Assembly (NCBI GenBank): GCA_043732185.1
Contig: JAYTHY010000074.1
Coordinates: forward strand, 96,001-160,000
Length of the DNA stretch: 64,000 nucleotides
From: Fibrobacteria bacterium
GTDB lineage: Bacteria; Fibrobacterota; Fibrobacteria; UBA11236
Reading direction: 5' to 3'
Shown: positions 47,592-57,686 of the stretch, in pieces
Numbering within the stretch: the stretch's first letter is position 1
Layout: each line of letters begins with the position of its first letter
Notes under the pieces: model-generated
Databases searched by the model: none
What the model was told of the DNA's origin: nothing
The model's input: only the letters and a program-made list of their open reading frames with translations
Translations under genes and position numbers: made by a program

Positions 47592-48218
47592 CTACTTAAT
47601 CCCCAACTGCCGCATCTCCGCCAAAGATGAAACTGAAACATGCATATCGCGCAGTAGCCCATCGCTGATACTGTAAATCCAGCCATGCACGGTCAAGTCC
47701 TGCTGCTTGAACCAAGCCTTCTGCACCAACGTCGTGTTGCACACATTATACACCTGGGCCACTACATTCATTTCACACAAGCGATCCGTGCGCGCTTCCG
47801 GATCCGCAATGGCGTTGAGCTCCTGCTCATTGTGATAGTACAAGTCCCGCACATTGCGCAGCCAATTGTCGATCAAACCATGCGGCGAATCTTCCATGGC
47901 CGCGCGGATGCCGCCGCAGCCGTAATGACCGCAGACTATGATGTGCTTCACTTTTAATACGGCGATGGCGTATTGCATCACGGACAGACAGTTCATGTCG
48001 GTGTGGATGACCAGATTTGAAACATTGCGATGTACGAATAGTTCGCCGGGCAAAAGGCCCACGATTTCATTGGCGGGCACACGGCTATCGGAACAGCCTA
48101 TCCATAGATAACTGGGCGTTTGTTGTTTGGTCAATTTCTCGAAGAATTGGGAATCCGTCTTGAGGATGTTTTTGGCCCATTCGCGGTTGTTGTCGAAAAG
48201 AGAATTGAGTTCGTCCAT
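47592..48218 (-). CDS. can: Beta-class carbonic anhydrase
   Basis: WIGCSDSRVP, FVHRN, CGHYGCGG, HGWIY. Confidence 0.95.
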   Translation of the reverse strand: MDELNSLFDNNREWAKNILKTDSQFFEKLTKQQTPSYLWIGCSDSRVPANEIVGLLPGELFVHRNVSNLVIHTDMNCLSVMQYAIAVLKVKHIIVCGHYGCGGIRAAMEDSPHGLIDNWLRNVRDLYYHNEQELNAIADPEARTDRLCEMNVVAQVYNVCNTTLVQKAWFKQQDLTVHGWIYSISDGLLRDMHVSVSSLAEMRQLGIK

Positions 48219-48256
48219 GAATTAGAATGATAGCAAAGACTGCATGAATTAATTTT

Positions 48257-49042
48257 ATGTCCATGCAAACTATCGCCATTGAAAATCTGGTTAAAACCTA
48301 TCGGAACGGTGTCAAAGCCTTGGACGGCGTTTCTTTTCAGGTCAGCCAAGGTAAAATCTTTGGCTTGCTCGGTCCCAATGGGGCGGGCAAAAGCACCACC
48401 GTACGCATCCTGACCTCTTTAACCAAGCCCGATGGCGGCAAGGCGGAAGTCGCGGGCTGCGATGTCATGCGCGACCCGCAGCGCGTGCGCGAACGCATCG
48501 GGTATGTTGCGCAGGCATCGGGCGTGGACAAATGGGGAACGGGACGGGAGAATCTTATTTTACAGGCGCAGCTTATGCGCGTGGCTCCCGCTGCCATTGC
48601 TGGCCGGGTGGATCAGTTGCTAGCCTGGGTGCGCCTCACTGACGTGGGTGGCCGGATTGTCAAAACCTATTCGGGTGGTATGAAGCGCCGCCTGGATTTG
48701 GCCATGGGACTTGTGAATGAACCTGCCGTCCTCTTTCTGGATGAACCCACTACCGGACTCGACCCGGAAACACGCAAGGCACTGTGGAACGATCTCATTC
48801 GCTTGCGCAAAGAGCGCAACCTAACCGTGCTTTTGACCACGCATTATCTGGAAGAGGCGGACCATCTATGCGATAGGTTGGCAATTGTCGATCATGGCAA
48901 GGTGGTGGCGGAAGGGTCTCCAGCGGCACTTAAGGCCAGTATCCGCGGTGATACCGTAACCGGAACGCCCACGCTTGACGATGTGTACATGCACTATACT
49001 GGCCATCGCATGGATCAGGATGCCGCCGAAGGGATAAAATGA
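48257..49042 (+). CDS. ABC transporter ATP-binding protein (DrrA-like exporter)
   Basis: GPNGAGKST, YSGGMKRRL, LDEPTTGLD, TTHYLEEAD. Confidence 0.92.
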   Translation: MSMQTIAIENLVKTYRNGVKALDGVSFQVSQGKIFGLLGPNGAGKSTTVRILTSLTKPDGGKAEVAGCDVMRDPQRVRERIGYVAQASGVDKWGTGRENLILQAQLMRVAPAAIAGRVDQLLAWVRLTDVGGRIVKTYSGGMKRRLDLAMGLVNEPAVLFLDEPTTGLDPETRKALWNDLIRLRKERNLTVLLTTHYLEEADHLCDRLAIVDHGKVVAEGSPAALKASIRGDTVTGTPTLDDVYMHYTGHRMDQDAAEGIK

Positions 49043-49812
49043 TGCCGTTCCTAACCGATTCTCTCCATCTACTCTTGCGACATATCCGCACCACTATCCG
49101 CATTCCCATTTGGGTGGCGGTCACCTTGGTACAGCCCGTCATCTGGCTCACCCTCTACGGACAGCTGTTCCGCAGGGTAGTGGAAATACCTGGATTTGGA
49201 TCGGGATCCTATATTCAATTTTTGACTCCGGGTGTTGTGGTCATGACGGCGCTGTTCGGCTCTGCCTGGTCCGGCATGGGAATCATTGAAGACTTGACGG
49301 ATGGGGTCATGGACCGGATGTTGGCCACGCCTGTCAGTCGGGCTGCTTTGATTTTCGCCCGGGTACTGCATGCCGCGCTTACGGTGGCGGCGCAGTCCTG
49401 CATCATTCTATTGTTTGGCATGCTGCTGGGGGCGAGAATCGCCGGAGGCATACCAGGATTTATGGCCATTTTGGTTTTGGGAGCTTTACTGGGATGCGGT
49501 TTTTCCGCGCTTTCCAATGGCTTGGCGTTGATCACCAGGCGGGAAGAAACCTTGATTGCCGTCATTAACTTTTTCGGGTTGCCACTGACATTTCTTTCTA
49601 CGGCATTTATTGCATCGGAATTGATGCCGGGGTGGATTCGCGGCTTATCCCGTGCCAACCCCGTGAACTGGGCCGTTGATGCGTCCCGTGATGCCATGCT
49701 TGGAAAAGATTGGGGGTACGTTTGGATCGCAGGACTGATGCTGGCGGGCTTTACCCTTGTCTCCGTGGGATTGGCAACCCAGGCATTTAGGGCTTATCGA
49801 CGCGCTACTTAA
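49039..49812 (+). CDS. ABC-2 type exporter permease (DrrB-like)
   Basis: QP..WL.L.G, Y..F..PG, MP.W..NP; six TM segments. Confidence 0.9.
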   Translation: MMPFLTDSLHLLLRHIRTTIRIPIWVAVTLVQPVIWLTLYGQLFRRVVEIPGFGSGSYIQFLTPGVVVMTALFGSAWSGMGIIEDLTDGVMDRMLATPVSRAALIFARVLHAALTVAAQSCIILLFGMLLGARIAGGIPGFMAILVLGALLGCGFSALSNGLALITRREETLIAVINFFGLPLTFLSTAFIASELMPGWIRGLSRANPVNWAVDASRDAMLGKDWGYVWIAGLMLAGFTLVSVGLATQAFRAYRRAT

Positions 49813-51916
49813 GGGTTTGATATTCGATCTGTAGCACCCGTACTAAAAAAGCCCATTTGTCCGCCGCCTCTTCAATACTCTTGGTGATGGGTTTTCCAGC
49901 GCCATGCCCTGCTTTGGTTTCGATGCGGATTAATAAAGGCCCCGACGATGCATCGCCCGCGGCTTGCAACGCTGCCGCAAATTTGAAACTATGACTCGGC
50001 ACCACGCGATCGTCGTGATCGGCCGTAGTGATGAGCACTGCCGGGTAGCGGGTACCGGGTTTTAGAGTATGCAAAGGCGAATACTTCAGCAAGGTTTTAA
50101 ATGCCTCGGGATTTTCAGGACTGCCGTAATCGGACACCCATGCCCAACCGATAGTAAATAAATGGAAACGCAGCATATCCATGACGCCCACCGCTGGCAG
50201 CACAGCTGCAAATAATTCCGGGCGCTGATTCATGCAAGCGGCTACCAGGAGGCCGCCATTGCTTCCACCGCCAATGGCCAAACGCTCCGAGCGTGTGTAC
50301 TTGTTTTGTATCAGCCATTCCGCAGCTGCGATAAAGTCATCGAAACAATTTTGTTTTTGGGACTTGGCTCCGGCTTGATGCCATTCTTCTCCGTACTCGC
50401 CACCCCCGCGGATATTGGCCACCGCCAAGACACCGCCCAGCTCCAGCCAGGGAAGATTGGCGGTGGAAAAACTCGGGGTGAGTGAGATTCCGAACCCCCC
50501 GTAACCGTACAGATACGTCGGGTTGTTTCCGTCCAGCTTAAGGCCCTTTTTGTGAACGAGAAAAATAGGAATGCGGGTTCCATCCTGGCTGGTCGCAAAT
50601 ACCTGTTCCGTTTCGAATTTGGCGACATCAAAATCCAAAGTGGGTTTGCGAAAGACGGTGCTTGTTTTAGTAGAAAAATCTAGTCGATACACAGTTGCCG
50701 GAAAAGTGAACCCCGTGAAGGTGAAAAAGGTTTCCATGTCTTCGCGCTCACCGGAAAAACCACCGACGGTTCCCAAACCCGGTATTTCCAATTCACCCAG
50801 TGAACCTCCTGTAAACGTGTAGGTGCGGATTACAGAATGGGCGTCCTTCAGGTAACCTGTCACAAATCGGTTGCCCACTACGCTCACATCCTCCAAAGTA
50901 TCCGCAGACTGAGGAAGGATTTCTTGCCATCCGTCTGGATTCATGTTGTCAAATGCCATACCCACCACACGGCCACGCGGGGCGTTCCAATCCGTTAGAA
51001 ACCAAAAGGTTTTTCCATCATCACCAACAGGCGTGAACTTGGCCTTAAACTCCGGCACTAGTTCGTGTACCGTTCCGTTTGGATCGCGAAGGTCCTTCCA
51101 CAAAACCAAATTCATCGGGTCTGTTCCCTTCCAAACCAGTATTAAAAGAATTGTTCCCGATTCACTGAGATCGGCAGTAAACCCCCATTCCTCTTGATCC
51201 GGACGGTGGTAGATGATTTTATCCTGGCGCTGATCCTCTCCCAGACGATGAAAGCATAATTTCTGAAAACGATTGATATCCTCCAGTTTGTTTTGATCGC
51301 CGTCATAGCGTCCGTAATAAATTCCGGAACCGTCTTTGGCCCAGACGGGCGAGGAGAATTTAATGCGCTCTAACTTATCAGCCAGGTCTTCTCCTGTTTC
51401 AATGTTCCGTATCCGCCAGGTTTCCCAATCGGAACCGGATTGGGAAACGCCGTAGGCCAAATACTGCCCATCTTCACTCACCGAAAATACCGTAAGGGAA
51501 ACGGTTCCATCCTTGGACAGCGTATTTGGATCGATTAATACGCGAGGTTCGTCATTTAAGGAGAGTAACGTGTACAGTACGCTGTGGTTCTGGAGGCCAT
51601 CATTTTTGAAATAGAAATACCGCCCGCCCTTTTTGAAGGGCGCGCCGAAGCGCTCGTAATTCCAAAGTGTTTTCAATCGGTCACGAATGGAGTTTCGGGC
51701 GGGAATGGACTCCAAATATTTTAAGGTCAAACCGTTCTGCGCCTCAACCCAGGAGCGGGTTTCATCTCCGTCCAAATCTTCCAGCCAACGATAGGGATCG
51801 GCTATGGACGTCCCATGTAATACATCTACTTGATCGGATTTTCTGGAACTGGGATAAATGATGGGGTAAGCGATGGGATCAGCGAGGAAAGATGCAGGCG
51901 ATAAAGGTTTTTCCAT
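49805..51916 (-). CDS. Prolyl oligopeptidase (S9A)
   Basis: DPYRWLED, YGYGGF, GGSNGGLL, DHDDRV, AGHG. Confidence 0.95.
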   Translation of the reverse strand: MEKPLSPASFLADPIAYPIIYPSSRKSDQVDVLHGTSIADPYRWLEDLDGDETRSWVEAQNGLTLKYLESIPARNSIRDRLKTLWNYERFGAPFKKGGRYFYFKNDGLQNHSVLYTLLSLNDEPRVLIDPNTLSKDGTVSLTVFSVSEDGQYLAYGVSQSGSDWETWRIRNIETGEDLADKLERIKFSSPVWAKDGSGIYYGRYDGDQNKLEDINRFQKLCFHRLGEDQRQDKIIYHRPDQEEWGFTADLSESGTILLILVWKGTDPMNLVLWKDLRDPNGTVHELVPEFKAKFTPVGDDGKTFWFLTDWNAPRGRVVGMAFDNMNPDGWQEILPQSADTLEDVSVVGNRFVTGYLKDAHSVIRTYTFTGGSLGELEIPGLGTVGGFSGEREDMETFFTFTGFTFPATVYRLDFSTKTSTVFRKPTLDFDVAKFETEQVFATSQDGTRIPIFLVHKKGLKLDGNNPTYLYGYGGFGISLTPSFSTANLPWLELGGVLAVANIRGGGEYGEEWHQAGAKSQKQNCFDDFIAAAEWLIQNKYTRSERLAIGGGSNGGLLVAACMNQRPELFAAVLPAVGVMDMLRFHLFTIGWAWVSDYGSPENPEAFKTLLKYSPLHTLKPGTRYPAVLITTADHDDRVVPSHSFKFAAALQAAGDASSGPLLIRIETKAGHGAGKPITKSIEEAADKWAFLVRVLQIEYQTLK

Positions 51917-51962
51917 ACGACCAATATAGTCGTCCGGGACCTTCTCGCCTATGCATACCCGA

Positions 51963-53273
51963 TTAGAAATTAAAGGCAGGCATAAAATACAGGAACCAAC
52001 CCGGTTGCTTAGAATAAGCGTCGTTGGTGATTTTTGCCGCGGCCAATTTGCTGGCGGATTTGTCGGCTAAAAATAGCGCTGCCCCTAGAACAATATTAGA
52101 CTTAGGGTAAAGTGCTAAATGAGCTTCCAAATTGAATTCTTGTCCATAGGGATCGTCCTGCCCTGATGGGGCAGCTTGAGGCATAAAATAATGATATTGA
52201 GGTTTTACGGTGACGCGTGGGTTACCACTGGCATTTGGTAGAAACGCGAAATCCCCATCCAAACGAATATCCATCACGCCATACTTTGGGTTATTCACAA
52301 AATAGTCCATCCAGCCATATAGAGCATGAGCGAAATAGTAATTTGCCCGGTACGTATGGATTTTTGTATCCGTTGGATCGTCATCGCCACTCATCATGTC
52401 CAAACCCAAGTTGGCCTTATAGGTATTGATCACAATACCGGCGCGGGTGGCCAGCTGAAACGCACCGTTAGCATAGTCCACGCCCTTTTTGGACACATCA
52501 CCCATTTGATAGATGAACTCTTCTTCAAAAGCAAACATGCCAAGCTTTCCCGCTAGCCTTTCCCCAAAGTATTCCAGATCATAAGCTGCCGACGTGTCAC
52601 CGGCATATACCGTACTGGGAAGACGGCTTTGATCATAGAATCCATATCCTTCAGCGACGATGTCGGGAGTTATTTGATGCGAGTAATACAATCCGTTCAA
52701 AAGTAAACGATCGTTTTTGGCTGCCGTATTTGTGTCTCTAACCAAAAAGGACAGACCAGTCAAATTTCCCACTTCGCCAATCTTATAGTTAAAGGACACG
52801 CCGTCAAAGGATCGCGATGTAGGACTCCATTCCAGAGTGCTCAAAAACCGTCCTGCACCTAGGGTCATTTTCTGCCGTCCTAAAGCGGTTTTGAAATTTC
52901 CTTCTTCAATGGCCAAATATCCTTGTAAGAGATCCACTCCCTTTGCATTGGAGGTGCTGGCCGTCGCTGCATTGGTGCCAACTGGAGGGACTTCCGAACC
53001 CATAAATCGGACGTCTTGCATTTCAACTTTTATCTCCACTTTTTGCGATGGGACGGCTGTGAATCCCAGTCTGGTTCTTAATTGCGTGCTTAAGAATGGG
53101 TGATTGGCCAAGGTATCGCGAATGTCCTTGCTATCGAATTCAGTGCGCGTTCGGACTTGTCCGAAAAACGGCGGTTGCGGTACTGCGTACGGGGACTCGA
53201 GCGGCGCGCTCCCCCAAACAATTCCAATTGTTACGACGGATATAAAGGGGACTAACTTTCCAGCAATACGCAT
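51963..53273 (-). CDS. Alginate-export-family outer-membrane porin, last gene of the nitrate ABC operon
   Basis: R.R.E, RTRLG, QDVR, GRQ, RSFDG, SGDD, H..YG.MD; terminal FNF. Confidence 0.75.
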   Translation of the reverse strand: MRIAGKLVPFISVVTIGIVWGSAPLESPYAVPQPPFFGQVRTRTEFDSKDIRDTLANHPFLSTQLRTRLGFTAVPSQKVEIKVEMQDVRFMGSEVPPVGTNAATASTSNAKGVDLLQGYLAIEEGNFKTALGRQKMTLGAGRFLSTLEWSPTSRSFDGVSFNYKIGEVGNLTGLSFLVRDTNTAAKNDRLLLNGLYYSHQITPDIVAEGYGFYDQSRLPSTVYAGDTSAAYDLEYFGERLAGKLGMFAFEEEFIYQMGDVSKKGVDYANGAFQLATRAGIVINTYKANLGLDMMSGDDDPTDTKIHTYRANYYFAHALYGWMDYFVNNPKYGVMDIRLDGDFAFLPNASGNPRVTVKPQYHYFMPQAAPSGQDDPYGQEFNLEAHLALYPKSNIVLGAALFLADKSASKLAAAKITNDAYSKQPGWFLYFMPAFNF

Positions 53274-53296
53274 AATTCTCCTTAATAGTGTGATTT

Positions 53297-54145
53297 TTAA
53301 ACAAGGCCTGCATGCACGCCCGCACCGATCAGATAATGCAGCAACTCTTTGCGAAGCGCAGTATAGAGCGGCACTTCCAATAGGGACTCCCGCGCCCTTG
53401 GACGCGGAATATCTACCTGAAACATTTTGGCGATGGTCGCTTGCGGTCCGTTAGACATGAGAACAATTCGATCCGAAAGAAAAATTGCTTCATCGACATC
53501 GTGGGTGATCATCAGAACAGTTTTTCGATTGTGTTCCCAAATCGAAGTCAATTCATCCTGCATACTGCCGCGCGTCAAAGCATCCAAGGCTCCGAAGGGT
53601 TCATCCAAAAGCAGTACCTGTGGGTTCGCCGCAAAAGCTCGCGCAATCCCGACGCGCTGCTTCATGCCGCCGGAAAGTTGACCCGGTTTTTTGGCCACAT
53701 GCGGCCCAAGATGCACCATATCCACATATTTTTTGGCCAGCTCCTCACGAAACTTGCGGTCCTTTTTTGGGTTTACACTGTCAACGGCCACGAGCACGTT
53801 TTCGAGTACCGTCAACCAAGGAGGGAGCGAATGGCTCTGGAAAACAACTGCCCGATCCAAACCTGGCGCAGTCACTTCCTTACCATTCACGGCCACTGTT
53901 CCTTCAGTTGGTTGGTATAAACCTGCCACCATATTGAGCAATGTGGACTTGCCACAGCCGGAATGACCGATGATGCTTACAAACTCACCCTTGGCTATCC
54001 TTAAATCCACGCCAGCCAAGGCATGGAACCGACTTTTTCCATGACCAAAATATTTATGCACTCCGGAAATATCGACGAATTTATCTTCTTTTTCCGATTG
54101 GACTTGCGACTGTTTTTCTGCATGTCTGCCTAGTGTGGATATCAT
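53297..54145 (-). CDS. Nitrate ABC transporter ATP-binding subunit (NrtC/D type)
   Basis: IGHSGCGKST, VFQ.HSL.PW, LSGGMKQRVGIARA, LDEPFGALDALTR, THDVDEA. Confidence 0.9.
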   Translation of the reverse strand: MISTLGRHAEKQSQVQSEKEDKFVDISGVHKYFGHGKSRFHALAGVDLRIAKGEFVSIIGHSGCGKSTLLNMVAGLYQPTEGTVAVNGKEVTAPGLDRAVVFQSHSLPPWLTVLENVLVAVDSVNPKKDRKFREELAKKYVDMVHLGPHVAKKPGQLSGGMKQRVGIARAFAANPQVLLLDEPFGALDALTRGSMQDELTSIWEHNRKTVLMITHDVDEAIFLSDRIVLMSNGPQATIAKMFQVDIPRPRARESLLEVPLYTALRKELLHYLIGAGVHAGLV

Positions 54146-54925
54146 TCAGGTGCCTACCGTTCCGAATAGGGACGCCAGCTTTGCCACCATTCTATCGAGT
54201 AACAGCCCCGTTAACCCCACGTAAGTAACCGATACGATAATGTCGCTCATGCGAGACGAGTTCCAAGAATCCCAGATAAAAAATCCAATCCCTACTCCAC
54301 CCGTCAACATTTCCGCCGCGACAATTGCCAACCAGGCCATGCCGATGGAAATTCTGAGGCCGGTAAAAATAAAGGGTGCGGCCGATGGCAGCATGATTTT
54401 GAAAAAATATCGACTGCCTTTTAACTGATAGACCCTAGCGACATTTTCGTATTCAGAGGGTATGCGCATGACTCCCACCGAGGTATTGATGATAATTGGC
54501 CATAACGCGGTAATGAAGATGACAAATATCGCCGATGGATTTGCCTGATTAAATATGGCCAAGGAAATGGGCAGCCACGCCAAGGGTGGAATCGTGCGAA
54601 GAACCTGAAAAATGGGATCCACTGCCTTGAATGCCATGCTCGATTTTCCGATCAATATTCCCAACAAGATTCCCACGATGGCCGCAAGCGAATATCCTGC
54701 CGCCACGCGTCGCAATGAAGACAGCAACTGCCAGCCCAGACCCTTATCATTCGGTCCATTATCAAACCAAGGGTGCGCGATAATATTCCACGACTCGGTC
54801 ACTGTCTTTATTGGACCTGGTAGAACAACTCCCTCGCGCTGAGAATAAATCTCCCAAAACAGACCAATAAAAAAGAGAGCTAATACCGGCAGAATATAGG
54901 TTTGAGCGGGATTCTTCGTTATCAT
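54146..54925 (-). CDS. nrtB: Nitrate ABC transporter permease
   Basis: GPNDKGLGW, PLAWLPI, GMAWLAIVAAEML.GG.GIGFFIWD.WN. Confidence 0.9.
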   Translation of the reverse strand: MITKNPAQTYILPVLALFFIGLFWEIYSQREGVVLPGPIKTVTESWNIIAHPWFDNGPNDKGLGWQLLSSLRRVAAGYSLAAIVGILLGILIGKSSMAFKAVDPIFQVLRTIPPLAWLPISLAIFNQANPSAIFVIFITALWPIIINTSVGVMRIPSEYENVARVYQLKGSRYFFKIMLPSAAPFIFTGLRISIGMAWLAIVAAEMLTGGVGIGFFIWDSWNSSRMSDIIVSVTYVGLTGLLLDRMVAKLASLFGTVGT

Positions 54926-56265
54926 TTCCGCCCCGTAGCGCCTTTTTTCCCGTCGATATTTTTGATTTTAAGCTTGGCCAAATAGCCTTCTGGATCGTTT
55001 GGGTCGAATGTGACACCATCAAAAAAGGTCTCAATACCGCGCGAATCGCTTGCTGGTATCATGGATTCCTGGCCGATCTCTTTGGCGCATTCTTTCCACA
55101 AGTCTGCGCGATTTACTTCGCCGATTACCTTATCATAATCGACTCCGTTGGGCAGGTAACCCCATCTACGCGTTTCCGCCAAAAACCACTTATCATGGCT
55201 CTTATATGGAAATGAAGCGTGGTCGCGCCAGAATTTCATCCGTTCCCCTTCTTTTGGTTTTCTTTTTCCATCTCCATAGTCTGTGTGCCCTTGGAGACGG
55301 GGCAATAAATCTTCGACGGGACAATTGATCCAGTTTTTTTGCGATAGAATCCTGGCAAGTTCTGGTTTATTTTCATCCTTATCACACCAAATCTGGGCTT
55401 CCATTACGGCTTTAAGCAAAGCCTTGGTTGCGTTTGGATGCGCATCGCACCAATCCTTGCGCATGGCAAATGACTTTTCCGGATGGTCTTTCCAAATTTC
55501 CTGAGTCTGGATTGCCGTATAGCCGATTCGTTGATTGATAAGCTGTTGATTCCAAGGCTCACCGACGCAAAAGGCGTCCATATTGCCCACGCGCATGTTC
55601 GCTACCATTTGCGGTGGTGGAATCACTATTGTAGAGACGTCCAGATCGGGATCAATTCCCCCAGCAGCCAGCCAATAACGAATCCAGTAATTGTGCGTGC
55701 CTGTCGGAAATGTCATTGCGAAGGTGAGTGGTTTGCCCCCTCGTTTTTTCGCCATATCGATCCAGGACTTAAACAGGGAAGCGTCTTTACCAATTCCCGT
55801 CTCCTTGTATTTTTCAGCAACCGAAATGGCTTGGTTATTCAGGTTGAGACGGGCCAGCAAATAGATGGGGACGGGCTTATTGCCCTTGGTTACCAAACCC
55901 ATGCTGAGCGAATACGCCATAGGAGTGAGCAGATGAGCGCCATCAATACCGCCTTTGTCCGATCCCAATTCCAAATTATCCCGGTTCGCTCCCCAGGACG
56001 CTTGTTTTAGAACTTCGACATCAGGCATTCCATACTTTGCAAAAAATCCTTTTTCTTTGGCTACCGCCAATGGTGCGAAATCGGTTAATGCGATAAAACC
56101 AAGCTTGGCTTTGGTGGTTTCCGGTTTTACCGGATCGGCTGTAGCCCCCATGGATAGCCCGTTTGCCAGCATGGTTAATGCTAACGCCACGCATGCGGTT
56201 GTTGATTTTGCGTAACTCGCTTTTATGGAATTGAAATATTGGTTACTTGAGGTTACTGCTTGCAT
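54922..56265 (-). CDS. nrtA: NrtA/CmpA-family periplasmic nitrate-binding protein
   Basis: PETTKAKLGFIALTD, MTFPTGTH..W.RYWLAAGGIDP, PPPQMVANM, CVGEPWN, HPEK. GGAG RBS before ATG 56265. Confidence 0.88.
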   Translation of the reverse strand: MQAVTSSNQYFNSIKASYAKSTTACVALALTMLANGLSMGATADPVKPETTKAKLGFIALTDFAPLAVAKEKGFFAKYGMPDVEVLKQASWGANRDNLELGSDKGGIDGAHLLTPMAYSLSMGLVTKGNKPVPIYLLARLNLNNQAISVAEKYKETGIGKDASLFKSWIDMAKKRGGKPLTFAMTFPTGTHNYWIRYWLAAGGIDPDLDVSTIVIPPPQMVANMRVGNMDAFCVGEPWNQQLINQRIGYTAIQTQEIWKDHPEKSFAMRKDWCDAHPNATKALLKAVMEAQIWCDKDENKPELARILSQKNWINCPVEDLLPRLQGHTDYGDGKRKPKEGERMKFWRDHASFPYKSHDKWFLAETRRWGYLPNGVDYDKVIGEVNRADLWKECAKEIGQESMIPASDSRGIETFFDGVTFDPNDPEGYLAKLKIKNIDGKKGATGRK

Positions 56266-56308
56266 TGGGCATACTCCGTCGGCTACACTGCATGCAGCCG
56301 CTATTGGT

Positions 56309-56335
56309 ATGTCCAAAAGCCCGGACGGACCGGAG
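56309..56335 (-). promoter_or_regulatory. 27-nt leader motif shared with the nirA leader
   Basis: CTCCGGTCCGTCCGGGCTTTTGGACAT, 23/27 identical to 59267-59293 in sense orientation. Confidence 0.65.
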
Positions 56336-56489
56336 TAAGCAAGCCCTTGTACTAAGGACTATTAGAAGCTCAAACGCCTCCGCTTATTGACTGCTGCGGT
56401 AACGGAGATGTTTTCTCCGATTTGGAAGTCCGTCCAAATTTCCGCCGCAATCAATCAGTTGGTTTTTGATACGGACAGTTGTAATTAAA

Positions 56490-56504
56490 GCAAAGCGCGT
56501 ACCA
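56490..56504 (-). promoter_or_regulatory. Sigma-54 -24/-12 promoter for the nrt operon
   Basis: TGGTAC-GCGCT-TTGC on the minus strand. Confidence 0.8.
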
Positions 56505-56555
56505 AGTGAATTTGATGCGCAATGCCGCACATGATGGCTTGAGACCTTGAATGTG

Positions 56556-57632
56556 TCATCCCGATTTGGACAATAAGGAAACTGTTGGCACGATGTGTTC
56601 GGATTTGCCAGTTTGGAAATGTCTTACAGGAGAACCTCGTGTCGCAGAAACCGAATCGTAATGGAATTTTTCCAAACAAATCGATTCCACATTCAAACGC
56701 GTGCACGCCAAGGACTCGGCATGCCCATGGCGCTGCATCTGCTCTATATACCAATGGACATGTGACCTGGATGGGAAGTGGGCTCCATCTTGATCAAATT
56801 TTCGACTTTGCATCGTTTCCGGAATCTTGTCCAACCGTGATCTTAGCGATGCCTCCACCACCGACTTTGGTGTATTTACATATCGCTTGGAAGCGACAAT
56901 CTCCGCCGCCGTTTCAATGTTGTCCGGATCCGCCAACCAATCACCTGCCATGGAAAGCGACTGAATCACCATAGCATGCTCTTGTTGGTGCGCGCCATGC
57001 CAACCCGCCCTCACTGCCAATACTTTTTCGCCTAAACCTGGAAAAAATTCCCGACTGTCTGCCGCCAATCGGCCCAGCTTCGAGGCCATGGCGCGTCGAC
57101 TCCAAGGATCACCTACGCAAAACCCGTCGATTTCGTTTTTCCTAAGCCTGCCCACCATTTCCTGCGGTGGTATAATTTTTAAGCTTATTCTTGGCCCAAT
57201 TGATAAGCCGCCCATGGCCAACCAATATCTAAGGAAATATTCTTGTGTCCCTCTCGGGAAAACCACACCCAGACAAAGGGTTCTTTTAAAGTCCGCCGAT
57301 AACCAGCGGGCAAGATGTTCAGCTGTTCTTATGCCCTGATTCCACAGCGCATTGGAAAGGATAATGCCATTACCGTTGCGACTCAAGGTAAAGGCATGGC
57401 ATAAGGCAGGATAGTTAGGATCTTTTTCCAATACGGATTGTATTGGAATGGTTAGGAGCAAATGTGCAGCATCCAATTGACCAGAGCCAAGATTCTCGCG
57501 AATGGCACTCCAGCTTTGGGCCTTATGCAGTTCCACCGCGATTCCGTGAGCTTCAAAAAAACCTTGCTCTTTGGCGATTGCCAGTAATGCGCAGTCTACT
57601 AAGGGAATGAAACCGATTTGTAAGTCTGGCAT
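56556..57632 (-). CDS. nasS: NasS-like cytoplasmic nitrate sensor (NrtA fold, no signal peptide)
   Basis: Starts directly at LQIGFIPLVDCA; has LRYWLA, PPQEMV, FCVGDPW, EKVL; no export signal. Confidence 0.7.
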   Translation of the reverse strand: MPDLQIGFIPLVDCALLAIAKEQGFFEAHGIAVELHKAQSWSAIRENLGSGQLDAAHLLLTIPIQSVLEKDPNYPALCHAFTLSRNGNGIILSNALWNQGIRTAEHLARWLSADFKRTLCLGVVFPRGTQEYFLRYWLAMGGLSIGPRISLKIIPPQEMVGRLRKNEIDGFCVGDPWSRRAMASKLGRLAADSREFFPGLGEKVLAVRAGWHGAHQQEHAMVIQSLSMAGDWLADPDNIETAAEIVASKRYVNTPKSVVEASLRSRLDKIPETMQSRKFDQDGAHFPSRSHVHWYIEQMQRHGHAESLACTRLNVESICLEKFHYDSVSATRGSPVRHFQTGKSEHIVPTVSLLSKSG

Positions 57633-57667
57633 CGACTGGCAGGACGTCGGTTATGGGTGTCCGTCCA

Positions 57668-57681
57668 TGGCGCCATTGCCA
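57668..57681 (-). promoter_or_regulatory. ANTAR-type hairpin candidate
   Basis: TGGC-AATGGC-GCCA: 4-bp stem and hexaloop with A1 and G4, in the narK-nasS spacer. Confidence 0.4.
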
Positions 57682-57686
57682 AGGAC

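Noticed and set aside
53297..56265. Bicarbonate (Cmp) or cyanate transporter, given the nearby carbonic anhydrase
   Set aside because: The adjacent narK, nasS-like and nirA genes and the shared sigma-54 promoters favour nitrate/nitrite. The can gene is several genes away and no cynS is seen. Substrate is not proven.
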